A DNA stretch of 64,000 bases. Origin: Candidatus Cloacimonadales bacterium. GTDB taxonomy: Bacteria > Cloacimonadota > Cloacimonadia > Cloacimonadales > JAFGVF01. A program made the translations under genes and the position numbers. Below the pieces are notes generated by a model. That model made no database searches. It was not told where the DNA came from and saw only the letters and a list, made by a program, of their open reading frames with translations. The stretch lies in assembly GCA_963667035.1 (NCBI GenBank), contig OY762964.1, positions 704,001 through 768,000 of the forward strand, given 5' to 3'. Shown in pieces: positions 1 to 8,948 of the stretch (its first letter is position 1; the number at the start of each line of letters is the position of its first letter).

Positions 1-590
1 CGATTGAGTTAATGATGGGAAAATTGATAGGTATATGCTTAGTGGGTATAACACAGCTTGTTGTTATTGCCGGATTTTTATATATCTTCACTTTATATGG
101 AGATGATATATTGCTAAAAGCAGGAGTAGGAGCTCCAAAGCTATTGGATATAATAAGGAACCTAAGCTTTACTCCCGTAGTATTTGGCTATTTCATTTTG
201 TTCTTCTTGTTTGGCTATCTAATTTATGGTGCTATTTTTGCCGCTATAGGAGCTATGGTTAACACTGAAGATGAAGGTCAACAGTTCCTAACTCCGGTTG
301 TTCTTCTTAATTTAGTGAGTTTCTTCATTATGTTTACGGTTGCAAAGAATCCTGATACTGTTCCTGCCATGTGGGTATCTCTTGTGCCGTTCTTTACTCC
401 TGTAGTTATGTTTGCTCGCATTGCTGCCATGGATCCGGTATTACCTTCTGCGGCTATTATTTCTATATTCACTACAGGACTATCCGTCTATGGTCTTCTT
501 TTGTTAGTAGCTAAAATCTATCGAGTCGGTATCCTTATGTATGGTAAGAAACCGTCGTTGAAAGAAGCTATAAAATGGATCAAGTATTAG
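1..590 (+). CDS. ABC transporter permease (NatB/YhaP-like ABC-2 family), 5'-truncated by the window edge
   Basis: Multi-TM ORF with 'GKLIGICLVGITQ', 'FAAIGAMV..EDEGQQ', 'SLVPFFTPVVMFARI' and 'KIYRVGILMYGKKPS' typical of this family; the reading frame is open to the left edge. Confidence 0.85.
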   Translation, partial: IELMMGKLIGICLVGITQLVVIAGFLYIFTLYGDDILLKAGVGAPKLLDIIRNLSFTPVVFGYFILFFLFGYLIYGAIFAAIGAMVNTEDEGQQFLTPVVLLNLVSFFIMFTVAKNPDTVPAMWVSLVPFFTPVVMFARIAAMDPVLPSAAIISIFTTGLSVYGLLLLVAKIYRVGILMYGKKPSLKEAIKWIKY

Positions 591-635
591 AAATATCATC
601 AAGAATCTACAGATAAAGCTTACTCATAAAACAAT

Positions 636-657
636 GGGGGTACGGATTTTGTACCCC
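636..657 (+). terminator. probable intrinsic terminator
   Basis: GGGGTAC-ggatttt-GTACCCC hairpin followed by ttcgtttt, just after the ABC permease stop. Confidence 0.55.
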
Positions 658-902
658 TTCGTTTTATCTACACAATTCTATATAGCTACAGCTAAAATCT
701 GATATATTATAAAAGATTATCTATGTTATTACTCCCTGAGTTCATACGTTAGACTGTTAAGTACTAAAGTTTTATTAAGAGTCTCGTTCGGCTTCATTTG
801 ACAAGTTCATTCCGTTCTGGGTGACAACTGTGTATTTTGCCTTTGTCATTTTGCTCAGGGTCACTCGCCACTCTTCTTCTTACTCTCACAATCTATTTTG
901 CA

Positions 903-1054
903 TCCTTCTGCTCGTCCACCAACCGGAGAATTTTCACAAGATTCTGTCTCATTTTTCTCCCGTTTCTATCTCGTTGCGAGCAACGGGAGAGCAACGGGAG
1001 ACCAACGGGAGACTAACCCGAGAGAAACCCGTGGTTGGTGGACGACAAAAAGGA
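903..1054. repeat. 152-bp imperfect palindrome with 11-bp phased units (element A)
   Basis: Perfect 13-bp IR 912-924/1033-1045; units GCAACGGGAGA x2, CCAACGGGAGA, CTAACCCGAGA at 980-1023; inverted units at 956-977; shared centre 978/979. Confidence 0.85.
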
Positions 1055-1378
1055 ACAATTAAAGAGATTAAAATTGGAAAGAGTTAGGAGTGAAATAGGA
1101 ATTGGTTAGGAAGTTGGAAACATTTTGAAGTCTTCATTTCAGAATTAAACAGAGGCATTGAGAGGTGAGAGAAACCTTTGATTTACAATGAATGATATAG
1201 AGAATAGAAACCATAAAAATGCTATGAATACTAACACAAATTGATAGATTAATAATAAAATGCATATTTGGACTGAGTATTGCATTCTAGTTTATTTAAT
1301 AATTTAGGAATTTATTTTGAACGACTGAATCAAATGATTTCAGTCATAGTCTATAATTATTTTACATGCGGAGGTTTT

Positions 1379-3673
1379 ATGAAACAGAGTTTTATTATAA
1401 TTCTATTGTTACTTCTTGTCTCGTCTATTTTAGCCGTTCCTATTCAGCCGGCAGGTTTTGGGAATGAAGATGATCCATATCTGATTGAATCCGTTGAAAA
1501 TCTGATTTGGATTAGTTGTAATCCCAGCTCTTGGTCAAGTTATTTTCTCCAAACAGCTAACATTGATGCATCCAGTACTGAGGGGATGAATAACGAGTAT
1601 GGATTCAGTCCGATTGGAAGATACGATCAGAATTTTACAGGTAACTATTCAGGTCAGGGATACACAATTTCTTCATTAACAATATTCAGACCTAATACCG
1701 ATGGTACAGGTCTTTTCGGTGTATGTGATGGAGCTGAAATATCAGGAGTCTACATGACAGATGCCGACATCTGGGGAAACAGTTATTCAGGACTACTTAT
1801 TGGTCAATGCTCCAGTTCAATAGTAGAAGAATGTTCTGTTATAGGAACTCTTAAAGGTTCTTCTTATATTGGTGGATTAATAGGCTATTCTAGTACATCA
1901 TTAGTACAGGAGTGCTATAGTTCGATTACCTGTGAAAATGATTACAATATGAGTATAGGTGGTTTAATTGGATTTAGTCAAGCCAATTCAATATCTTTAT
2001 GCTCAAGTAGTTCTACACTAACATATAATTATTGTTATTATGTTGGTGGTCTTGTAGGAGAGGCTTATGACACTAATATTAGTTTCAGCAATTCTATAAA
2101 TACAGTTACAGCAACAGCACAAGTAGGCGGTATAGTCGGATTTGGTCAGAATACAACCATAAACGGATGTAAAAATTATGGTCAGATTAATTGCTCTGAT
2201 GGCTCAGGGTATTTCTATGATGAAGGAGTAGGTGGAATAGCAGGAATTTTTTCAGGAACTATTATTTACTGCCAGAATCACGCTGATGTAAGTGGTATTG
2301 TTTCAGTTGGAGGGATTGTTGGTGCTCTCTATGGCGAAAGCAGAATTGAAAATTGCTGTTCAACAGGAAACATTAGTGGTGAAACACGAGGAGTAGGTGG
2401 AATAGTTGGCTATTTTGAGCATGCTAACATCATTAATAGCCACTATAATTATGACCAAGTATTGATTAATGAAGAATACAATGTTTCAATAGGTTCATTA
2501 AGAAATGAGATGTATGAAGACTGGGTTGACGGCGGTTATCAACCTCTTGATGTTAACAATTATCTAGTATGGGAAGAGAGAGGATATGGAATTGACTCTG
2601 CTGATGATTTGCATTATATGATTGCTTTTAATGATCATTGCTTTATGCTCACAAGTGACATTGATTTATCAGATAGTCCTAATCTCTTTATTCCGCTCTT
2701 CAGTGGTAGGTTAGATGGAAACGGACACACTATCGATAACTTGACTTTATCTTTAGATTGGCAAACCAATCTTGGTTTTATTGGTATTCTTGATAAAGGA
2801 ATTGTAGGGGATTTATATCTCACAAATGTAGACATTGAAGGAGAAGAAGCAGTCGGTGGACTTTGTGCTTATATGAATGAGGGATCAATTTCAATGTGTA
2901 TGACTTCAGGAGTAGTATGTAGTAATCAAATCACAGAATTTGCAGGGTGTCCTATGTCTTCCGGTGGTTTAGTTGGACAAGCTATTGATTCTGGAATCAG
3001 TGATTCTTTCAGTAGGGCTGTTGTTGTTACTACTAATGATTATACTTCAGGTGGCTTAGTTGGAGTAATTGGTGATACAAGTGTAAGAAGATGTTATAGT
3101 ACCGGAGCTATAGAAAGCACAACTCGTTTAGGTGGATTAATAGGTTACGCAAGAGGCGTATGTGATGTAACAGATTCATTCTGGGATACTGAAAGCTCTC
3201 AGGTCGATACTAGTAACGGAGGAACAGGATTATCTACATTAGAAATGCAAACAATGTCTACTTTCACAGATGCCGGTTGGCATTTTGGAGATAATGAATA
3301 TTGGGCAATCGACAGTAATACGAATGACGGTTATCCTTACTTAGTACATGAACCTATTCTTGCTAACGATGATTCGGTTAATCCCGAAGTTGAGATACCT
3401 TTCTGCACAATGAGTAATTATCCTAATCCGTTTAATCCTACTACTACAATTTCATACACAATCTCTAAAACATCAAATGTAGAGATTTCTGTTTACAATG
3501 TTAAGGGACAGAAAGTAAGACAGTTGATTAATGAAGAGAAATCCTCAGGAACACACAGTATTGTATGGAACGGAGACAACGATAAGGGTAGAAATGTTAC
3601 ATCAGGTATTTACTTCTGCAAGATGTCTAGCGGGGGGCAAACCACTACGAGGAAACTTATTCTAATGAAATAA
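1379..3673 (+). CDS. secreted GLUG-motif/beta-helix protein with C-terminal FlgD-Ig/T9SS-type sorting domain
   Basis: Start moved to ATG 1379 (GGAGG RBS, signal peptide MKQSFIIILLLLLVSSILA); repeated 'VGGLVG' GLUG motifs; C-terminal NYPNPFNP...SGIYF...RKLILMK. Confidence 0.8.
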   Translation: MKQSFIIILLLLLVSSILAVPIQPAGFGNEDDPYLIESVENLIWISCNPSSWSSYFLQTANIDASSTEGMNNEYGFSPIGRYDQNFTGNYSGQGYTISSLTIFRPNTDGTGLFGVCDGAEISGVYMTDADIWGNSYSGLLIGQCSSSIVEECSVIGTLKGSSYIGGLIGYSSTSLVQECYSSITCENDYNMSIGGLIGFSQANSISLCSSSSTLTYNYCYYVGGLVGEAYDTNISFSNSINTVTATAQVGGIVGFGQNTTINGCKNYGQINCSDGSGYFYDEGVGGIAGIFSGTIIYCQNHADVSGIVSVGGIVGALYGESRIENCCSTGNISGETRGVGGIVGYFEHANIINSHYNYDQVLINEEYNVSIGSLRNEMYEDWVDGGYQPLDVNNYLVWEERGYGIDSADDLHYMIAFNDHCFMLTSDIDLSDSPNLFIPLFSGRLDGNGHTIDNLTLSLDWQTNLGFIGILDKGIVGDLYLTNVDIEGEEAVGGLCAYMNEGSISMCMTSGVVCSNQITEFAGCPMSSGGLVGQAIDSGISDSFSRAVVVTTNDYTSGGLVGVIGDTSVRRCYSTGAIESTTRLGGLIGYARGVCDVTDSFWDTESSQVDTSNGGTGLSTLEMQTMSTFTDAGWHFGDNEYWAIDSNTNDGYPYLVHEPILANDDSVNPEVEIPFCTMSNYPNPFNPTTTISYTISKTSNVEISVYNVKGQKVRQLINEEKSSGTHSIVWNGDNDKGRNVTSGIYFCKMSSGGQTTTRKLILMK

Positions 3674-3681
3674 ATAAATTG

Positions 3682-3711
3682 AAAAGCCCCCTTTTGTAGG
3701 GGGCTTTTTTT
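3682..3711. terminator. bidirectional intrinsic terminator
   Basis: AAAAGCCCCC-ttttgta-GGGGGCTTTTTTT between convergent genes. Confidence 0.85.
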
Positions 3712-3735
3712 AACGTTGTCAAAAACTCGACTTAA

Positions 3736-5415
3736 TTATACTCTTGTGAGCTTTCTGTAAGTAATTCTCTTAGGAATAAGAGCTTTATTACCTAGTCTCA
3801 TCAGCTTATTCTCTTCATATTCACTGAAATTACCGTCAAACCATTTTACCATACTATCACCTTCAAAAGCAAGAATATGAGTACAGATTCTATCGAGGAA
3901 GTATCTGTCATGGCTAATGACTACAGCACAACCTGCAAAATCCATAATAGCATTTTCCAAAGCTCTAATTGTGTATACATCCAGGTCATTCGTCGGTTCG
4001 TCCAGAAGTAGAACATTACCGCCTTGTTGTAAGGTAAGAGCTAAATATGCTCTGTTTTTCTCTCCTCCACTAAGGATGTTAATCGGCTTTGAATGTTCAC
4101 TACTACTGAAATTGAACTTACTTAAATATTCTCTAACATTTATCTCTCTATCTCCGGCAACAAGAACGTCTCTACCTTCGCCAATTACTTCCAGTATGGT
4201 CTTCTCCGTGTCTATAAAACGATTTTGGTCAACGTAAGAGAGCTTAACGGTTTCGCCTATTGTGAAACTACCTGAGTCAGGTTGCTCTTTGCCGGTTATC
4301 ATGTTAAAGAGAGTAGTTTTACCTGCACCATTAGCACCTATTACTCCTATAATTCCACCTGCCGGTAAGTCAAATTCAAGATTCTCATAGAGAAGCTTTT
4401 CTTCAAAGCCTTTGGAAACACCTTCCGCTTTGATAACATTCTTACCTAACTTAGGACCTTCAGTAATGAAAATCTGATCTGTACGATTCTCTTTTCTGTA
4501 TTCTTTAGAAGCCATCTTCTCATAATTAGCAATTCTAGCTTTACTCTTGGCATGTCTTGCTTTCGGACTACTGCGAATCCACTCAAGTTCTTCTGCTAAA
4601 GCTTTCTGACGCTTTGTCTCACCTCTGGATTCTTGTGCCAGACGCTTTTGCTTTTGTTCAAGCCAAGAAGAGTAGTTTCCTTCATAAGGTATGCCTTCAC
4701 CGCGATCAAGTTCCAGAATCCAACCAGCAACGTTATCTAGGAAGTATCTATCATGAGTAATAGCTATAACAGTACCTTTGTATTGATGTAAATGGTGTTC
4801 AAGCCAAAGTATGGTCTCTGCATCCAGATGGTTAGTCGGTTCGTCCAATAGAAGGATATCAGGTTCTTGAAGTAATAATCTGCAAAGAGCTACACGACGC
4901 TTCTCTCCACCTGAAATTACTCCAATCTTTAAGTCTGATGGGGGACACCTTAACGCATCCATCGCCAGTTCAAGTCTACTATCCAGATCCCAGGCATTTG
5001 TAGCATCGAGCTTATCTTGAAGTTTACCTTGTTCTTCTAAAAGCTTGTTCATCTCGTCATCACTCATCGGCTCTGCAAACTTCATGTTGATTTCATCGAA
5101 ACGCTTTAACAAGGCGACAATCTCGGCTGCTCCTTCCTGAACTATCTCAAGTACTGTTCTTTCAGGGTCTAATTGAGGTTCCTGTTCCAGATAACCGATA
5201 GTATAACCTTTAGACATAGCAACTTCACCCAAGTAATCTTGGTCTAGACCTGCCATGATTTTTAATAGTGTACTTTTACCGGAGCCGTTGAGTCCTACAA
5301 CTCCTATCTTAGCTCCGTAATAATAACCCAGATATATATCTTTTAAAATTTGTTTACGACCATCGACAACTTTTCCTATTCCTGACATAGAATATATAAC
5401 TTTCTGTTCTTCCAT
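3736..5415 (-). CDS. ettA: energy-dependent translational throttle ABC-F protein EttA
   Basis: Two ABC domains (GLNGSGKST, GANGAGKTT, LLLDEPTN), 'GAKIGVVG', 'ELEWIRSSPKARHAKSKARI' linker and 'RITYRKLTR' end. Confidence 0.93.
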   Translation of the reverse strand: MEEQKVIYSMSGIGKVVDGRKQILKDIYLGYYYGAKIGVVGLNGSGKSTLLKIMAGLDQDYLGEVAMSKGYTIGYLEQEPQLDPERTVLEIVQEGAAEIVALLKRFDEINMKFAEPMSDDEMNKLLEEQGKLQDKLDATNAWDLDSRLELAMDALRCPPSDLKIGVISGGEKRRVALCRLLLQEPDILLLDEPTNHLDAETILWLEHHLHQYKGTVIAITHDRYFLDNVAGWILELDRGEGIPYEGNYSSWLEQKQKRLAQESRGETKRQKALAEELEWIRSSPKARHAKSKARIANYEKMASKEYRKENRTDQIFITEGPKLGKNVIKAEGVSKGFEEKLLYENLEFDLPAGGIIGVIGANGAGKTTLFNMITGKEQPDSGSFTIGETVKLSYVDQNRFIDTEKTILEVIGEGRDVLVAGDREINVREYLSKFNFSSSEHSKPINILSGGEKNRAYLALTLQQGGNVLLLDEPTNDLDVYTIRALENAIMDFAGCAVVISHDRYFLDRICTHILAFEGDSMVKWFDGNFSEYEENKLMRLGNKALIPKRITYRKLTRV

Positions 5416-5542
5416 TAATTCCTCTTTTTGGTTTGTTTCAATGTGTTAGCAATAATAATTGTGGTGTGAGTGTCAAGATAATAGGAATTATTCAAAGTTA
5501 TTAGCAAACAACTTTGTACTAAGCTCATTTACTATTGTATTA

Positions 5543-6538
5543 TTATCCGGAAATATGTAACGCTTTTCTTATAGTGCCTTCATGTACTTGTCTTTTCTCT
5601 GTACTGTTAATATATGATACGTCTTTTTTAGAAGTATTTATTAAGGTGATTGCTTGATTATTGACCATTGGGAATGTGAAATTAACATCTTGCTCCCAGT
5701 AAGAGAAATTGTCGCTTTTTAACCAATAGGCAGCAACAACAGTTGTGGGATATGCTTCATAGTAATCAATTTCATACATTGTATCATCACATGGAACTAC
5801 TATTAAATCTTCGGTTTGAATGGATTGTCCGAAGTTAACGTATATTGGACATAGATTGTATGTCCCTCTGTTTATCATTTTTAAGAAGAATACATCTTCA
5901 GTGTAGTATAAATCAATAAAGTCACTATCACCTGTCATCTCAACTGTGTCATATCCTTCTAACTCAAGTCCAACGATATCACCTTGATCTGTCTTACATG
6001 AAGTTTTAGCCAAATAGAAGTATGAACCATCACTTTTTAATAATCTGAAAGTAATTGATTGTCCCGGTGAGACTATTTCCGTACCATAGTTAGCAACAGT
6101 TACTTCTGTGTCAGTGTGCATCTCATTATTAAAAATGACGTTAAAATAGTCTATATGAACAGTTCTTATTGAAGCGGTTTCGGAATAAACACTGCTACCT
6201 TTTTCACCTGATGCCATTATACGATAGAAATAATGTGTGTCATTAAGTAATCCCTCAACCTGTATTGTTGTGTCGTATGTTACACGCTTTTCAAAGCCCT
6301 CAACATAATTTCTGAACTCAGGGGATGATGATACATCTAATATGTAAAATTCTGCATAAGGTACTTCTGACCAACTTGCCGTAAATCCTGTAGCTTCTAT
6401 ATCTGTTGCATCATTGATGATTGGCACCTCCATCTTAAAGACAGGAGCTATTGGACTTTCATCTTCGCACCCCATAACAATGACACCTATCATCAATAAT
6501 AATAAACCCAATACACTTCTCATACATCCCTCAATCAC
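5543..6538 (-). CDS. putative lipoprotein with an N-terminal fibronectin type III domain
   Basis: Lipobox-like 'VIVMGC'; FN3 signature 'ATDIEATGFTASWSEV...YILDVS...GLLNDTHYFYRIMA'; true start may be the second Met. Confidence 0.65.
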   Translation of the reverse strand: MIEGCMRSVLGLLLLMIGVIVMGCEDESPIAPVFKMEVPIINDATDIEATGFTASWSEVPYAEFYILDVSSSPEFRNYVEGFEKRVTYDTTIQVEGLLNDTHYFYRIMASGEKGSSVYSETASIRTVHIDYFNVIFNNEMHTDTEVTVANYGTEIVSPGQSITFRLLKSDGSYFYLAKTSCKTDQGDIVGLELEGYDTVEMTGDSDFIDLYYTEDVFFLKMINRGTYNLCPIYVNFGQSIQTEDLIVVPCDDTMYEIDYYEAYPTTVVAAYWLKSDNFSYWEQDVNFTFPMVNNQAITLINTSKKDVSYINSTEKRQVHEGTIRKALHISG

Positions 6539-6789
6539 GGTTTTCTTTATTTTAATGAGAATAGCTTAATAGTTGTCAATGAAAATATATTCTTAAAGCA
6601 AATACAGGATAATTAGCAATGTATATTATGCGGGGATAATGTAATGATTAAAGATTTATTTGATTATTAACAAAAGCGTTAAGTATAAAAATGAAAATAG
6701 TATCAATTTTTTGTTTGACATGATTTCGGTGATTAAATAGGTTGCTTTCACACGCTTCGGCGTGGGTATAGAGTGAATTAAGAGTATGC

Positions 6790-6866
6790 GGGGGCGTAGT
6801 TCAGTTGGTTAGAACGTCTGCCTGTCACGCAGAAGGCCGCGAGTTCGAGTCCCGTCGCTCCCGCCA
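6790..6866 (+). tRNA. tRNA-Asp (GTC)
   Basis: 77-nt cloverleaf: acceptor GGGGGCG/CGCTCCC, anticodon arm TCTGC-CTGTCAC-GCAGA, TTCGA loop, encoded CCA. Confidence 0.97.
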
Positions 6867-6904
6867 GTTTATTCAAACACGCATACTCATTAATAGATCC
6901 CTTT

Positions 6905-6981
6905 GGGGGCGTAGTTCAGTTGGTTAGAACGTCTGCCTGTCACGCAGAAGGCCGCGAGTTCGAGTCCCGTCGCTCCCGCCA
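6905..6981 (+). tRNA. tRNA-Asp (GTC), identical second copy
   Basis: Identical to 6790-6866, with a 38-nt spacer between the copies. Confidence 0.97.
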
Positions 6982-6986
6982 GTCTT

Positions 6987-7020
6987 AAAAGCCTATTCAC
7001 GAAAGTGGATAGGCTTTTTT
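6987..7020 (+). terminator. intrinsic terminator of the tRNA pair
   Basis: AAAAGCCTATTCAC-gaaa-GTGGATAGGCTTTTTT. Confidence 0.9.
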
Positions 7021-7352
7021 CGTATTCAGATGGAAAGCTTAATGGTGTAGGCAATAAGAATGGTTTGGAAGAAATGTCCGGAAGTAAGATTGTATTAAAA
7101 AGAATAGAAACTTTACAGGAAGAAGATTGTGTGGCATTTCAGCAACAAACGCGACTTACCAATATATATATTGTAACGATTACTTACTTTCGCTTTTTAG
7201 CTTATTCTATATGGTTCTAAGTATAATGATTGACCTGAGTTTAGAATAGTGAACTATCCTTAAACTTCATACAATCTTAGCAATAATATCACATCTGTAT
7301 TCAACTTTATTGCGAAGAATAAAGTTTGTAGTTAAGAAAATACTTGCTTTAT

Positions 7353-7733
7353 TCACTGCCAAAAATAGATAACTCCAACAAGTAATCCTGCAACGAAACA
7401 TAGAGGAGAAAAAACTCCAACTAGTTTGGATAGCATTCTATATTTTTTACCTATTTTTTTTTCATCACCTAAACATTTAATAGCAGCTAATTGTTCTTGC
7501 GCTATATAAGCAAAAAAACCACACAAAACAGCAAAAAGAGAACCAAGAGCAAACAATAAGAGTGAAATTGGTAAGGAAGACAAATCAAAACCCTTTTCTT
7601 TAAGTTTGCCAGCATATGTCATTATAGCAATTGCAGCTGCTCCATTTAACATAAACGAATTTTTTATTACATTTTGTGAATATACAATAGTCGCTTTGAG
7701 TCGTTCAATTTGTTTTGATTCAAAATAATCCAA
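7353..7733 (-). CDS. small membrane protein (3 TM), hypothetical
   Basis: TTG start with AGGAGG RBS; three hydrophobic segments; 'LNGAAAIA' motif. Confidence 0.6.
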   Translation of the reverse strand: MDYFESKQIERLKATIVYSQNVIKNSFMLNGAAAIAIMTYAGKLKEKGFDLSSLPISLLLFALGSLFAVLCGFFAYIAQEQLAAIKCLGDEKKIGKKYRMLSKLVGVFSPLCFVAGLLVGVIYFWQ

Positions 7734-8535
7734 AAATCCTCCTGTGGGTATATTTAATTATCTTTTGATAAATTAAGACAGAAATCAGATGTATTGAATA
7801 AAGTATAAGCTAATACAATAATATACACATCTGTTCTTTTATAAAGCAGAACTTGTTTAAATGCTACTTAAATTTCTTTTTGAAACTACTTAGATTAAGA
7901 TAATCGTAACTCCTCTCTATTGATAAAAAAGAGTAGAATGGGTTGCAAGGTCAAGAATAAAGTTCAGTCCATAGAATAACGATTATAAATTGTACTTCTC
8001 ATTAAAAGGGTAATTACGATTTTGCGCTTCTGCAGAATCCCAAACCGAAATAGTCCCTAATGCGTTTGTAGTATCGTACAAAAGTGCAAAAGCGGTTGAG
8101 CTAGCGACTATTATCATAACCTTAAACGACCATCGATTTATAACATAAAGCTTTAAAATAACTTACAAGCCATTAAGTATCCCCAAACAAGCCGTCAAAA
8201 CAGAAGCAATCCAGAAAATGGTTGCCGTAAAAGTAAGTAAAATGGAAGTATTGCAAAAGCGTTTATATATAAGCGTAAATGACTAATAAATAAAAAGTTA
8301 GAAAAGAAAGATGCTCGATATGGTCTATGTACTCTTGGGTGTCACTTTATTCAAATCAAGTTGTAGAGGATTAACGCAAAAAACTTCTATATTAAAATTT
8401 TTTGCTTGTGCAAATTAATGCAATTGTGTTTTTTTACTAGCACAAGGAGTATAGAGATGAGTAGTAAATGATTGAAGTGTCAATTTTCTTTTCAGAATTG
8501 GCTAAGTTATTTTAACACAAGTATGGGGACATGAT

Positions 8536-8754
8536 ATGAATTCAAAAGAATCAATTGTAAGGATTAAAATCAACAGATTACTTGAAAAATCTGGATGATT
8601 TTTGGGTGATGGAGATAAGAGGGCAAACATTCAATTAGAGCCAAATGTAAAAGTAACTCATAAGCAGATAGATAGTCTTGATGATAATTTTGAAATCACA
8701 AAAGATGGTTATCCAATGGTTGTGCTTGAAGCTATTACACTCTTTCTTGAATAG
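8536..8754 (+). pseudogene. hsdR: type I restriction enzyme R subunit (HsdR) N-terminal remnant
   Basis: Reads MNSKESIVRIKINRLLEKSG*FLGDGDKRANIQLEPNVKVTHKQIDSLDDNFEITKDGYPMVVLEA, matching the recalled HsdR N-terminus 'ARIKINKLLE..GW.F....ANI.LEPNVK...P..VLEAK'; TGA at the Trp position (8596-8598), then truncated. Confidence 0.7.
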
Positions 8755-8948
8755 ATTAAACAATTTTATTATTTTTGCTGATAAGACAATTATTAGAGAT
8801 ACTGTTTTGCGAGGATTTGGAATTGCGGAATCAGAAACTCGTTCTATTGCTGATGCAAAAAAGGAATTAGGTGATGATAAAACTATATGAGAAATATTTT
8901 CTAGGATATCAAGAGTATTTGTATGCGTAGCTTTATGGAGGAATTGTT

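Noticed and set aside
821..1087. 88-aa ORF, and likewise the short ORFs 30522-30710 and 30664-30879
   Set aside because: They overlap the 11-bp repeat elements, lack an RBS or recognisable domain, and an 11-nt period does not preserve reading frame.
7980..8280. Imperfect hairpin (8020-8091) and TAAC motifs as integron attC sites
   Set aside because: No properly paired RYYYAAC/GTTRRRY boxes, no repeated cassette structure and no integron integrase.
8596..8598. In-frame TGA in the hsdR fragment as selenocysteine or recoded Trp
   Set aside because: It falls at a Trp position with no redox motif, the gene is truncated shortly after, and other genes here use TGA as a normal stop. It is best read as a nonsense mutation.
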